64,000 nt of DNA from Eledone cirrhosa (GCA_964016885.1 OZ024756.1:30566001-30630000); one strand, 5' to 3'. Positions 17,586 through 34,330 are shown, numbered from the stretch's first letter. Made by a program: numbers and translations. The notes: generated by a model from the sequence alone, not told the origin.

Positions 17586-18693
17586 AGTTAAAAAATAATG
17601 GCCCTTCATAACGAAAAGATGGAAAACCACTGAAATAGACAGAGGAAGTGCAACAATGTTGATGATTTTAAGGGTAGTTAATAGGATAAGAAGAAGTTAT
17701 GGTCCAATCGCAGACTTGGTTGTAATGTTTTAAAATGAATGTACACGGCATGGTGAAGATGTTAAATCGGACGAAAGACTAAGCCTATCAAACTCAAATA
17801 GAAATGGCACCCACTAAACGAGTTGCCACACAGGTTTTATTGAGGAAATTTGACACACAAGATTTTGGTTTTAAGATAAATATAAACACTTTAAAAGAGT
17901 TTTATATGAATGTATATAGTGGTGCAGTAAACAAATATATACATAGACATCAGGTCCAAAGATAAAGGAACTGAACTCCCACTGTCACTGCTGCTACCTC
18001 TCCCGCGCTCTCCCCATCTCTCCCTAGTATGAACAAATAGAGGTCCATGCACAGGACTCCCAGCGGCCTCGGGGGACAAAATAGACAAGATGATTTCCCT
18101 GAGGATGGTGGGGAGATGCGCCAGACGAGCCATCCCAGTTCACGAGTCTCACACCTGCATGTAGCCAACTCTGTCCCGATGGTTGATATGATTTTGGTTG
18201 ATATGATACTAAGGTAAAAAATATTTTCTCATGATCCCATGCAATGAAATATGAAATTCATTGCAGTTACGTGTCCATTCACTCCATTAAGCCTATTTGC
18301 TTCTACTTAGCTAAATTTCATATTTTACCAAATGTAGTAGATATTCTCTATTTAAAAAGGTAACACTTACTCTTGGAAAGGGAATTTTATAATTTGTATA
18401 CCCTTTTTTGTTCACCAATCTCTACAATATATGAGTCGTTTTTTATCGTATATATTATATACACTCGCCAACAGCAAATCTAGATAAAGAAATATTATAA
18501 AAGAGATGTGGTTCGAATGAATAACAATATTGATTTTAATCTGCCTACCTTAATAGTTAGAATATTCTCGGCTTCCTGCAAACCAAGGACTAGTGAGTCT
18601 CATTGTTCTTTCCTCTATGGAATAAATAAAAAGTAAATGCATAATATATATTGGGAGCCATAATATATATCTCCCCGCTCTCGCTATATGTAA

Positions 18694-18756
<63 letters not shown>

Positions 18757-19743
18757 AATATGTATATGTACATACCTATATATATATACGGATTCATATA
18801 TACACACACACGCACAGACACACACACACATATATATAATACATATATATATATACATATATATATAAATACATACATATATATATATATATAATATATA
18901 TATACATATATATAGATATCCATATATATACTTATATATACATACATACACACACACATACACAGACATGCACACACACACACACACTCACATACACACA
19001 CACATATATATATAATACATATATATATATACATATATATATAAATACATATATATATATAATATATATATACATATATATAGATATACATATATATACT
19101 TATATATACATACACACACACACACATACACAGACATGCACACACACACACACACTCACACACACACATATATATATATATACATATATATATACATGCC
19201 GTTGTAGTATTGTTATCAAGTAATTTGTCAGGTTTATTGAAAATCGTGCTTGTTGGGATTGGCAAGCCTGAAGCTTTTGTGGAAGAAGAAAAAAAATAAT
19301 TTGTCGAATGTCTACATTTAGTGCAGAAAAATTATATAGAGGGACACTAAAGAATATTGCATCTCGTTATGGACAGAAGTAATTTCCAGGGTGATTCAGT
19401 TTAAATTATTACATTAAACGTAGTCACCCTATAGCCGAACAATTCGAAGTATTGTTTCGTAATCCTTATATCTCGGATACTATTCCACAGTTTCACATTT
19501 TCTGTAAGTTTCAAATAACATTGAGTCCTGTCCATCCAAGCCTGGCGAATAAAATACAGTAGAGGAAATTTTATTGATTTCCATCTCACAAATGGATGTG
19601 TGTTTTAGTAGATTGGGGAACAAAATATAATTATTGGGTGGGGGTATGGCCCCCTCTGCACACCCACCAGTTTCAACGCCCCTGATAGACTTTACATACA
19701 TATACTTATTGGGAAGTGTACACTCAGACACACACACATACAC

Positions 19744-19796
<53 letters not shown>

Positions 19797-20000
19797 GTAG
19801 GAGGTGAGTTTTATTGTAGTACAATAAAGCAATGCATATGTTGATTTAAAACTCCACTATTCACAAGTGTGTTTTAACCTTCATATCATGTCTCCCTATT
19901 TTATCTGACGAAAACGCAAATGTTATTGCATGATGATATTTGTTTTTGAAATGCGCATAATAAAATACATGGAACTCTTTTAACCATCTTTTGATCTTAT
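19797..20000. mobile_element. Family A element: inverted tail tip joined to full body
   Basis: GTAGGAGGTGAG..AAGCAATGCA (identical to 3211-3250) is fused to TATGTTGATTTAAAAC..GATCTTATAT. TA flanks. Confidence 0.8.
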
Positions 20001-20025
20001 ATATTATATATATATATATATATAT

Positions 20026-20258
20026 AACGAAGGAAATGTGGTAAGAACCAGATGGACCATAACGCACCAAAGTACTCAATACTTAGAGTAGTAGAGTGGG
20101 TAATAGGAACGAGTAGGATCCCGACGGCTGAGCTCAAGCCGTTTCGACAGCTAATTCTGGATTAAAAAAAAAAAGAAAAAAAAAAGAAAAACATTTTTTT
20201 TAGTCCAGAATTAGCCGTCGAAACGGCTTGAACTCTGCCGTCGGGGTCCTACTCGTTC
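20026..20258. mobile_element. Family B foldback element with A-rich/T-rich spacer
   Basis: Tail on the left, arms around a 40-nt A-run/T-run spacer (20161-20201). A diverged copy lies at ~20408-20500. Confidence 0.8.
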
Positions 20259-20699
20259 TACCAACTGATATTATCATAATATTATAAAATTAAATCAAAT
20301 TATTTAGAACTACAAGTGTAGTCATTCTTTTCCTTTCTTTCAAATACACCTAACTGTACCAAGGACCTCACACATTTGCCAATATATATTTATATATGAA
20401 AAGCGTCAGTGCCCCGACGGCTGAGCGCCGGGTGTTTCCACAGCTAAATCCGAACGTTCGGATCTAGGTGTCGGGGTTCTGCCTCTTTTCATATCACCCA
20501 CTCATTTTATTAATGTTCTATATTGCCCATACGTACATATGTATGTGTATATATGTTTCTGTATGTATATATATGTGTGTGTGTACTTGTGCATTCTTAC
20601 ACACACACACACACAGATATATATATATATATATAGTATTAATTAATTGGAGGAAACAGTTGTAAGCACAAAAATGTTTTGAACAGTTCTTTGATTCTT

Positions 20700-20824
<125 letters not shown>

Positions 20825-20829
20825 ATATA

Positions 20830-20903
<74 letters not shown>

Positions 20904-21076
20904 GAAGTTTCTAAAAGCAGAAGAACTATTACAATACAAGTCTCAAAGTTTAAAATATATCCTGGTCGAAAAAAAAAAAGGTCACCACGATTTTTATCAA
21001 AAAATCTATTTTAAACTTCTTTTAAATCATGTCATTGTCTTTGTCTAACTTCTAAGTTATCAATCATAAACTAATG

Positions 21077-21115
<39 letters not shown>

Positions 21116-21221
21116 AGAGAGAGTGAGAAGGAGAGAGAGAGAGAGAGATGGGGGACGAGAAAGGTCTAGAGTGAGTGATATAAATACACGGAACACTCAC
21201 ACGCACACACACACACACACA

Positions 21222-21302
<81 letters not shown>

Positions 21303-21378
21303 GAAAGGTATAGAAAACATTGTAGCAAAAAGCCAGCAGTATTCCATAATATATAAGTGACTATAGCGTCAATAAATA

Positions 21379-21409
<31 letters not shown>

Positions 21410-22045
21410 TATATATATATATATGTATATATATATATTTAGGGTGAGAGAGATGGAGTGGTATAAATACATATATATATATTCATATATATAATTGTAT
21501 ATATATATATATATATATACCTACATATACATATGGTTGTGTATAATCGTGTGTACATACCTTTATGAATACTTATGTATATTCGCGTCAGTAATCAATA
21601 CGGTTGTTTCATCGATGACTTTTCAGTAATTTGATAATCTCAAATGCTCTCTCATTAAATAGAATTACAAGCGTTTGTGTATTCCTGTGCCATATAAACG
21701 TTTAACGTTCGTCTGATTTACACCGAGGTGCAAGGGGATGTAACTCGGGTGGTCATTTGAATAACAGGTATAATTCATGGAACATTCTTCAGCTAGGCTT
21801 CTGTCTACGAAATTTCTCTTATAAACTATTGGTCAAAGCAAGTCATTGGTACAAAGAAGCTACAACATGGAATGGAAACTAAGACAGAAATACAATTACA
21901 AATACAGACACACTGACTTCCTTACCTCAATCATGAAAACACACACAGGCACATTAACACACACGCATACTCACACACACACACACGTACACACACAACC
22001 ACACACATATATATTGATATAAAACATTTTTTTTCTGTATATGTA

Positions 22046-22125
<80 letters not shown>

Positions 22126-22172
22126 GATATATATATGCATATATATATATACATTATATATATGTTTATATA

Positions 22173-22215
<43 letters not shown>

Positions 22216-22218
<3 letters not shown>

Positions 22219-22631
22219 GAAGTTATATTTAATTTGTTGGGATACAAGCAAATATTTTTATAACTGATATAAAGCACTCAACACATTTTTGGAGTAAAAA
22301 TACAATATATTAACAAATGGAAACTATATTTATAAAATCATATTTATTTCATTATACATATTTCAAGGACACCAAAGCAAATTATGGTGCGTTTTCATCA
22401 GATAAAATATAATATAGATCAGTTTTATAAACAAATATTGACATACACTTAAAGAATGCGGGAGGTTCCAGCCGAAATGGTCGCATTCTTTAAGGGTATG
22501 TCAATATTTGTTTATAAAACTGATCTATATTATATTTTATCTGATGAAAACGCACCATAATTTGCTTTGGTGTCCTTGAAATATGTATAATGAAATAAAT
22601 ATGGTTTTATAAATATTGTTTCCATTTGTTA

Positions 22632-22638
<7 letters not shown>
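22216..22638. mobile_element. Family G foldback element
   Basis: 157-bp arms 22304-22460 and 22482-22638, 21-nt spacer, tail 22216-22303. TTTTATCTGATGAAAAC as in family A. TA flanks. Confidence 0.8.
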
Positions 22639-22664
<26 letters not shown>

Positions 22665-22678
22665 TCACACTTATAAAT

Positions 22679-22717
<39 letters not shown>

Positions 22718-22740
22718 CCATATATATATATATATATACC

Positions 22741-22771
<31 letters not shown>

Positions 22772-22793
22772 CCATATATATTCACACTTATAA

Positions 22794-22864
<71 letters not shown>

Positions 22865-23156
22865 ATATATATACTATATATATATGCATTTTACAATGAA
22901 TCAAATATATGAGTCGTATATGACAGTTTTATTAGTAAGGAAACCAATCATGAAAAAAAGATGAAAGTTTATCCTATAATTAAATTTTTTTCTTTGAAAT
23001 ATTGTATGACATAAATGTATATAGTTTTTATTGCCCAAGCCAAATGACCTTAACGGCCAGTTATCAACATTTGTTTCAATACCATACTGCAGTATGTATG
23101 TATGTATATATGTATGTATGTATGTATGTACGTATGTATGAACGTATGTATGTATG

Positions 23157-23252
<96 letters not shown>

Positions 23253-23303
23253 GTATTAATATATATATATATATATGCATATATATACATATACAAATAT
23301 GTA

Positions 23304-23348
<45 letters not shown>

Positions 23349-23354
23349 ATATAC

Positions 23355-23436
<82 letters not shown>

Positions 23437-23776
23437 TATATACATATACATATATATACATATGTACGTATATATATATATAATATATATATCTCGTATG
23501 TATATATGTATGTGTACACGTATTATGTACAATCGTTATTAGTGATGTATTACACTAATGTATATTGATGTTAATATTGTTCTGTATATTTATAGATATA
23601 ATAATAACGAACCATTGTAACTCAATGCATCTAGTAGAGTCATATTTATATTATATGAATCTTTTTTGGCTGGTAGACGAGTTCTTGACGCCAATGTCTA
23701 GTCCAAGTATATATATATTTTTTTTTATGAGCCTACAGTAACTGGACTTTACAAACCCTAAACTATACATATATAT

Positions 23777-23882
<106 letters not shown>

Positions 23883-24497
23883 GAATGCGAGAATTTTCTC
23901 CTGGAAAGTTAACAAAGAATGTTTAAATCTTAAAAAAATCTACCCACCGACGTTAACAAAGCACTTACTAGTTCTACCAAACTAAATTTTAAAATGATGT
24001 TGTTATAAAATTTAATTAAATTTAGAACGACATGTGAAGCCATTCTTTTCCGTTATATATATATATATATATATGGATGTTTTTTTGTTTTTATTCATTG
24101 TTTTAATTAATTTATATATGGATGTATACATTTTCATTTTACATGTTTGTTTCGTTTTACACAATATTAAAACAATGACAACATTTCTGAAGCAGCACGG
24201 CCACCAATTTTAGCCACGAGCTGTCAGTGAATAGATGATAATATGAGTTCATGCATGTGTTTATTTTAACTACGGTGTGTTACAACAGCTAACATTGCTC
24301 GCACTATTTGTAAATATGCTATAAAAAAAATTGTTTCTTTATAGAATTTCTGCAAAGATTTGTTCTTCCAATGGTTTGGCAGCCCGTAATAATGAGACAT
24401 CTGCTAATGATGGTTAAATACTTAAGTACGTAAACAGCGCTCTTCCGTGGCTGCTGAGCTATCTGTTATATAATCACAGCTTGAAATGCTCATAACG

Positions 24498-24620
<123 letters not shown>

Positions 24621-24758
24621 TTATAATACATAAATATATGTTAAATAGCTGTATATGGGCTTTGATTTTAAATCATGCGATATCATGATATTTCAACAAT
24701 ATATATATGTACCATTTTGTCTCAGCTACATACCTACGTACTTATCTATCTATCTATC

Positions 24759-24825
<67 letters not shown>

Positions 24826-24951
24826 ATCTATCTGTTTATCTATGTGTCTCTTTCATATATACGTATGAAATAAATCTTTGAAGGAATTTCACCAGTCCGG
24901 CCTCTTGTCATGTTAGTCAATAAAAATACTAATACTACTACTAATACTACT

Positions 24952-25016
<65 letters not shown>

Positions 25017-25057
25017 GTATCTATATACATATATAAATATATGTATATATATCTATC

Positions 25058-25140
<83 letters not shown>

Positions 25141-25611
25141 CCACATACACACATATAATCCATTAAGATCTGTTAGAAGAGCGTTTAATCTATTATGCTT
25201 AGATAGTTCTGTCTCCAACGTTAGACACAGAGACAGTCACAGACGAAGATTCTAGCACACATGTAGGCATAGACATACGTATAGACTAGTGTGTGGATGT
25301 CAGGACCGCTACTAAAAACAAACAAAGTTAGCTGTAGAGACAGTATAGATTAATTTGATTACTACAGTTATATAGACAAGTACAGGCCATCTATACAGAT
25401 GTAATACACATAATAGAGTTGACTCTTTAATATCATAATATAACTCTCAGGTGGATATTTCGATATTAATGCCTTTTAATCAACAAAGATGGAAGAGACA
25501 AATATATGTGTGTCTAGTCATTCGTAAAAAAAAGATTACAGGCGTACGTATGTATATATATACACATATATATATATATACATATTTTTTTTTGTATACA
25601 TATGTACATAC

Positions 25612-25719
<108 letters not shown>

Positions 25720-25991
25720 GTATGTATATGTATGTGTGAATATATACATATACACATATATATATACATATATATGTATATATATATATACATGTATATA
25801 CATACATATATATATGTGTGTATTTGTATACATACATAAATATATATATATACATGAGTGTGTGTATCATATTTCTATATACATATATACATATATGTAT
25901 ATATATATATACATATATACATATATACATATATATATATATATGTGTATATATATATATATGTGTATGTATATATATATGTGTATGTATA

Positions 25992-26060
<69 letters not shown>

Positions 26061-26264
26061 GCATATATATAAAGATGTATATATACATACATATATGTAT
26101 ATATATATATATATGCTCGCGATTATATGTGTGTGTATGAATCTACGCGTGCGTTGATGCCTATGAGATTTCTCGTAGTATCACTTGCAGTCTTTGCTGT
26201 TGACCAATGCCTTATGAGTAGTATTTTGTTGAGCTTCAGTACATAGACCTCCCCCCTCTCTATC

Positions 26265-26353
<89 letters not shown>

Positions 26354-26366
26354 ATATATAATATAT

Positions 26367-26500
26367 AGAAATGGCTTCTACAGGACTAGAACTGTTTCAT
26401 TCGGGAGAAATCACCAGGAAATCAGTTCTATATTAAATATTTATACTCTGCTATGTATTGAGTACCTTACTTACTGTGGTTAACCCCGATTGAACCCGGG
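26367..26500. mobile_element. Family C element: inverted body plus direct tail
   Basis: Minus-strand CCTGGTGATTTCTCCCGAATGAAACAGTTCTAG body, then plus-strand tail with TACTC..GAGTA. Relatives at 30193, 46364, 57259, 59060 and 60751. Confidence 0.75.
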
Positions 26501-26524
26501 ATATATATATATATATATATATAC

Positions 26525-26568
<44 letters not shown>

Positions 26569-26570
26569 TG

Positions 26571-26700
<130 letters not shown>

Positions 26701-26764
26701 CGTGATATATATATATAGTTTCGTTGACAAATATATCAATGTTTCCAGACACGCAGATATATAT

Positions 26765-27082
26765 GCCCTTGGTATGACAGTGTGGTTTTAGCTCAAAGTA
26801 GGATAACTAGTATACTACAGAGCCTTTATAATTATAGGTATAAACAAAGAGTGCTTAGAAATACATTGTTTTACTAGCTAACAGTGTTTCATCCATACCC
26901 CATGGCAGGAATCATCAGAGCCTATAAACAAAAGTATATCAATAGTTGCATGCTCCATCAAGCTGCATCACCAGAATATGCAACTATTGATATACTCTTG
27001 TTTATAGGCTCTGATGATTCCTGCCATAGGCTATGGATGAAACACTGTTAGCTAATAAAACAATGTATTTCTAAGCACTCTT
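26765..27082. mobile_element. Family H foldback element
   Basis: 105-bp arms 26847-26951 and 26978-27082, tail 26765-26846 with GCTC..GAGC. TA flanks. Confidence 0.8.
27007..27053 (+). ncRNA. Putative minimal type I hammerhead ribozyme
   Basis: GGCT-CTGATGA-TTCCTGCCATAGGCTATGGAT-GAAAC-ACT-GTT-AGCT: intact core, stem II CCATAG/CTATGG, 2-bp stem III, stem I GGCT/AGCT. Mirror copy on the minus strand in the left arm. Confidence 0.6.
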
Positions 27083-27090
27083 ATTATAAT

Positions 27091-27130
<40 letters not shown>

Positions 27131-27144
27131 ACACAGACAGACAG

Positions 27145-27225
<81 letters not shown>

Positions 27226-27553
27226 ATTTTAGGATTACACTATAACCAGTTTGTTATAGACTTGTTTAGGAAGTGGAAATTTGAGAATGTTCTTTGATTT
27301 CTTCTCCCCTACCTCTCCCTGTCACACACAGTTTTGACAGGACATATCCACTCTTCGGTCATATATATACCAACACCTATCTACCTATATATATTTGTGT
27401 ATTTCTCTATGTGTGTGCATACATGTGTATGTGTGTGATACAGTGTATAAATAGAGAGACATATAATGTCCGACAACCACTATGTTTCTATTTGGCTTCG
27501 GGCAAACACATCTATAGTTTTATCTATTCAATCTGTCAGTCAATCAATTAGTG

Positions 27554-27662
<109 letters not shown>

Positions 27663-27670
27663 GTCTATCT

Positions 27671-28732
27671 GTGAGACGAACCTTTCCCAGACTCGTCTCA
27701 CTCACCGAGCTGCAATCCTGGGTCAAGCAAAGACCGAGAAAACTGGGCGCCTGGCACACTGAGTGTGCCCAGGCGCTCACCGCCCTCTGGCAGGCGGATC
27801 CGGTTATCAGTGGAGACTCCACCGCAACATTCTATAGAGGGCTAGTACGCAGCAGGTGCGACGACGCCCTCGGAGAAGCCCTAGACATGGAGGAGGACGA
27901 ACTGGCCAGCCTGTTCGGTAGGACATTCAGCCCGGGACCTATGGACAACTTCCAGAAGTCCCTGGCCTGGCAGTGCTACCGAGGGGCTTTACCCGTTCGA
28001 GAAAGGCTCTACAGACACGGGCGCCCGGGTAGGGACCCCGCCAAAAAGATCTGTCCCAGATGCGTGTGCGACGAGGAAACCGTTGCACACGCATTAGTAC
28101 ACTGCTCGGGCGTAGCCGATCTGTGGGGCTATGTCGAACAACTGCTGTCAAGGGTGGGACCGATCCGGTTGACCACCGAGTCTATTGTAATGATCAAGCC
28201 GCCTCCCCCCTTCAAAGATGAAGCAGAGGCGGTGTTTCTGTGCGTAATAGCCATGGCGAAAGAGGTTGTATGGTGGACGCGTCTGAAAGGACTGAGGTCG
28301 GGCACCTTTCTCTCTGGCCAACAACTGGTCCGTTTCTTCCGATATCATTTCGGAAGAAGGATCAGGATGGAGAGAGAGGTGCTGCACCCCAGCCGTTTCT
28401 ATGAAAGATGGGTGAAAGTGGCGAGAATGGCCCGTGTGAATGGGCCTTCACTCTACATCAGACTATAGGTGAGGAAGATGAAAGACCAAGGGAGCACCCC
28501 TTCTCTGTGCTCCTGAGGAGAAGGGTTGCACACTTTTTTCGGGGGTGTGTGCGACCCCCCAAGGCGCCTCCTCTCTATTGAGGATTTTGTTAAAAATTTT
28601 ATTTTTTGTTATATCTTATTTTATTTTTATATTTTGTTATTGCCTCCTCCTTATTGAGGACGCCTTTTTGTGTAAACTCCCCCCTTTTGTACTTGTCCCA
28701 CTTTTGATGCCCTAGTGGCAAATAAAAGAAAT
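27671..28732 (+). mobile_element. Tx1/L1-like non-LTR retrotransposon 3' end (ORF2 C-terminus plus 3' UTR) inserted in (CTAT)n
   Basis: Open frame to the stop at 28468 with LAWQCYRGALPVRERL..CPRC..EETVAHALVHC (zf-RVT-type CCHC). GC-rich relative to flanks. Ends AATAAAAGAAAT. CTAT repeats on both sides. Confidence 0.85.
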
Positions 28733-28766
28733 ATATCTATCTATCTATCTGTCTATCTATCTATCT

Positions 28767-29302
28767 GCAGGTGGGACCAATCTAGTTGACCACCGAGTCC
28801 ATTGTCATGATCAAACCGCCACCCTCCTTCAAAAACGATGGAGAGGCGGTTTTCCTATGTGTTATGGCTATGGTGAAAGAGGTTATATGGTGGACGAGAT
28901 TAAAAGGGCTGAGGTCAGGCACCTTTCTCTCCGGCGAGAACTGATTCGTTTTTGGAAGAAGAATCAGGATGGAGGGAGAGGTGCTGTACCCTAGCAAATT
29001 TTATAAAAGGTGGGTGAATGTGGCAAAGATGGCCCGAGTGGTTGGGCCTTCGCTCTATATAAGCCTGTAGGTTGAGGAAAAAGAGGAAGCGAGGCAGGGA
29101 GTACTCACTCTTAGTGCCCCTAGAGATGAGGGTTGTACATTTTTTCGGGGTGTGTACAACCCCTGTGTAACACCTCCTCCCTATTGGGGATTTCAATTGT
29201 TATTTGTTTTTTTATTAATAGTTTTATTTTCATATACATGTATGTAAACTCCCCATTTGTATTTGTCCCCTTCGTTTGTTCCCTTGTGGCTAATAAAGAA
29301 AT
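28767..29302 (+). mobile_element. Second, more truncated and decayed Tx1/L1-like copy
   Basis: Aligns to 28153-28732. Flanked by CTAT repeats. Confidence 0.85.
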
Positions 29303-30107
29303 GTATCTAACTATATGTGTGTATATATATATATATATATACATATATATAAATATATATATATCTACCTATCTATTTATGGATGTATCTATCTTTCCAT
29401 ATATCTATCTATCTAACTATCAATCTATGCACATATCTATTTTTCCTCCTCTCTATATATTTCTCTTTATCTCTATCTGTGTATATGTGTACCTATTTAT
29501 GAATATGGCTCTCTGCCAATCTCTACCTATCTCTGTCGATTTTAACATTCAATTTTAAAAAATTCTGTCTACCAACATATCTATCCATAAATGATAGATA
29601 GATAGATAGATAGATAAAGACATAGATACAAAATCGACTAAACTCCCTTTAAAATCGTGCTCCAGCATAGTCGCAACCAAATTGTAGAAACCAATAAATC
29701 AATATAAAATTAAGACGTTATCATTGTTCGCGAAGATGATATCGATAAAGATTCTTTATTACTCAGAAATCCCTCGTTACATATCCCCCCCCCCCCCCCC
29801 GATCTCATCTCGTTGTCTTCTAGAATGCATAATTTATCTGTGTGATTTTATTTAGATAGTCATCACGATGTCTCTACTGTTGTTCTAGTTCCATCGGACA
29901 ATCCCTGATGAAATCGGTGTAATTCAGGAACATACTACGGCCAATTTCCAATTTACAATAATTGGGTCTTAATTAAGCAATCACTTCTAAGTACATAACG
30001 TTATTTCAAGCATGATTATAAGAATGATGTCTAATTAGATTTATAATCGTAATTAAATTAGTTTAATTTTTACGCTAGTGCTCATAAAATATATACGCAT
30101 ATATATC

Positions 30108-30155
<48 letters not shown>

Positions 30156-30192
30156 TATATATATGTATACACACACACAAATATATATATAT

Positions 30193-30377
<185 letters not shown>

Positions 30378-30852
30378 TAAAAAAGTACATACAAGCATGT
30401 AGGTATGTATGTCTAATGGGATTCGGAAGTATACGAGGCAAATTTCACATTTTTACATCATCTAAATTTTAAACAAATTTGAAAAGGAGCGAAGCTAAAT
30501 ATTTTTGTCAAACACATCCGGCTAACTAGAATATTGGACTTTCACACAAAATATCCATTTCAAGAAGATAAAAGGCAATTGTGGCCTAGATGGAATTTGA
30601 AATCAAAACTGAAAGAGTCACAGGAGAGACATGCAAATTATTATTTTGATACGACACCCTGAGGATTTGGTGAACCTTTCACCTTTTATTGTATCATAGA
30701 TATATTTTTTTCCTTTTCGGCAATCTGTGATAGCTTTTGCAAATTTTCAATATAAGTTTTTATGTGTTCACTTTGGTTTCCCACTAACGTGCAGATTCGC
30801 TTTCTCTTTTTGAGTATATGTATTTATATAAGTATATATATACATATATGTT

Positions 30853-30917
<65 letters not shown>

Positions 30918-30996
30918 CATACATATATATTAATATACACTCACACACATACATATATTTATATACATATATATATAAGTATATATATACATATAT

Positions 30997-31068
<72 letters not shown>

Positions 31069-31442
31069 CCGAAATACTTTTTATCTTGATTTTGGATTTT
31101 ATTAGAATTCATCAATGTCTTATTTCCATTTGTTTTTATGTTTGGAGATAAATATTGCTATATATTCATCGTTTTAAACAAAATGGCGGTATTTCTTTTC
31201 CTTGTATAAATGTGTCCTCATCACTAACTTTTATGGCATATTTTCTATTTCATTGCATTATATTTGGTTCTTGCTAAAAAATATATACAAATGGAAATTT
31301 GATATATTTTTGTATATTTTGTATTTGAAGTGTTAGTGTTACGTTTGTATGTATGTTTTTATTGATCTATCTATATGTGTAAAATATGTAGATATATATA
31401 AATTTGCGTGTATAGATGAATATATATATATTATATGCATAT

Positions 31443-31503
<61 letters not shown>

Positions 31504-31716
31504 GTGTGAATGCATAGATACATACATATATATATATTAAATATATATTAACCATTTTGTCGTTTTTTAGGCTGATGGTTTCCCCTAGTTTGTCATGATA
31601 ATCATCATCATCTTCACATCATCAACACATCGAGAGGGCATTCACATCAACACTTTGAAGGTTAACATGCACTAACTATTTCCTTTGATGTAGTAGTAGT
31701 AGCAGCAGAAGTAGTA

Positions 31717-31770
<54 letters not shown>

Positions 31771-31854
31771 ATAGTAGTAGTAGTGTAGTAATAGTAGTAG
31801 TAGTAGCAGCAGCTGTGGTAGTATTAGTACTAGTAGTAATAGTAGTAGTAGTTT

Positions 31855-31919
<65 letters not shown>

Positions 31920-32052
31920 ATAGTAATAATAGTAATAGTAGTAGCAGCAGCAGCAGAAGAAGTTATAGAAGTAGTAGTAGTGGTAGTAGCAGCATAGTTG
32001 TAGAAGTTGTAGTAATTCTTTCCATATATATATATATATATGTATATATATT

Positions 32053-32151
<99 letters not shown>

Positions 32152-32182
32152 GTATATATATATATGTATATATATTTATATA

Positions 32183-32231
<49 letters not shown>

Positions 32232-32252
32232 TTATATATATATAAGTATATA

Positions 32253-32309
<57 letters not shown>

Positions 32310-32311
<2 letters not shown>

Positions 32312-32525
32312 CGACGAAAGAGGTGTGGTAAGGAACCATATGGACCATGCGGAACCAGAGTACTCAATACTTAGGGTAGTAGAGTGGATAATAGGAAAAT
32401 CTTTGACCCCGACGGCAGAGCTCAAGCCGTTTCGACGGCTATTTCTGTACTCAGAAATATTTCTGGAGTCCAGAAATAGCCGTCGAAACGGCTTGAGCTC
32501 TGCCGTCGGGGTCAAACATTTTCCT
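32310..32525. mobile_element. Family B foldback element
   Basis: Tail on the left, arms AGGAAAAT.TTTGACCCCGACGG.. / ..CCGTCGGGGTCAAA.ATTTTCCT. TA flanks. Confidence 0.8.
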
Positions 32526-32540
32526 ATATATATATATCTA

Positions 32541-32607
<67 letters not shown>

Positions 32608-32642
32608 GTTAAGCACAAGGACAATATATATATATATAATAG

Positions 32643-32918
32643 AGGCACGTGGCCTAGTGGAAAGGGTTTCAGACTTACGACCATAATGTCACGTGTTCGA
32701 TTCCTGGCTTGAGTGTTGTGTTCTTGAGCAAAATACTTCCTTTCACGTTGCTCCAGTTACACTCAGTTGAACATTAGTACCAGCAATAGCTGGTGGTTTA
32801 ACCCTGCGATGGACTGGCGACCTGTCCAGGGGGGCGTCTTATACTCTCAGTCGCTTCACACCATGAAACCCGAGATAAGCACCGACCAAATGAGCCCTTT
32901 GGCTTAAGACAGACATTC

Positions 32919-32922
<4 letters not shown>
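32643..32922 (+). mobile_element. SINE family 2, longest copy, with CORE-like and V-domain-like segments
   Basis: A box TGGCCTAGTGG, B box GTTCGATTCC, GTGTTCTTGAGCAAAATACTT, then CCCTGCGATGGACTGGCGACCTGTCCAGGG resembling the V-SINE domain (from recall, not searched). Confidence 0.75.
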
Positions 32923-33556
<634 letters not shown>

Positions 33557-33623
33557 AGTAGCAATATTGTGAAGATTATGGCGATGAATTTCATGCTGTT
33601 TCTCAACACCAGAAGTATGTTGT

Positions 33624-33624
<1 letters not shown>

Positions 33625-33663
<39 letters not shown>

Positions 33664-33675
33664 AATGATGATGAC

Positions 33676-33711
<36 letters not shown>

Positions 33712-33723
33712 AATGCTGATGAC

Positions 33724-33782
<59 letters not shown>

Positions 33783-33813
33783 CGATGATGATGATGATGA
33801 TGACGACGATGAC

Positions 33814-33852
<39 letters not shown>

Positions 33853-34074
33853 GTTGTTCATAATCACGATGGCCTTGTAGACGAGCGTGTTGACGACGAC
33901 GACGATGATGATGATGGTGATGATCATGATGCTGGTGTTGGCGATGATGGTGATGATGATGATGATGGTGATGGTGATGATGATGCTGATAGTTTTGGTA
34001 TTCACAAACATGATGGCCTCGTAGACGAGCGTGTTGACGACGACGACGATGATGATGATGATGATGGTGCTGCT

Positions 34075-34105
<31 letters not shown>

Positions 34106-34125
34106 ATGATGATGCTGGTGTTGGC

Positions 34126-34165
<40 letters not shown>

Positions 34166-34175
34166 GTGTTGACGG

Positions 34176-34207
<32 letters not shown>

Positions 34208-34330
34208 GTTCAAAATCATGATGGCCTCGTAGGGGACGACGGTGTTGCCAACGAAGACGACTATACTGATAATGTTGATGATAATTATGATGATGGGGGA
34301 TGATGAAGGAGAAGATGGTGGAGATGGCGG
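33625..34330. repeat. Compound (GAT)n/(GAC)n/(GCT)n microsatellite with a repeated ~30-nt spacer
   Basis: GATGGCC.YGTAGACGAGCGTGTTGACGAC recurs near 33868 and 34012, with a variant near 34220. Confidence 0.85.

Noticed and set aside
17087-17633. Possible hAT element CAAGGGGTTCCTAACC..GGAAAACCACTG enclosing a MITE and a SINE
   Set aside because: The termini match poorly and the 8-bp flanks (CACTTAAA versus AAATAGAC) are not a duplication.
18830-19190. ~180-bp duplications of compound microsatellite (also near 30820-31000 and 51330-51600)
   Set aside because: Ordinary slippage, unequal exchange or assembly effects explain them, and they carry no unique content.
29905-29920. Isolated CTGATGA words (also near 12623, 37916 and 62303)
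   Set aside because: There is no supporting stem II/GAAAC arrangement or foldback context, and such words are expected by chance.
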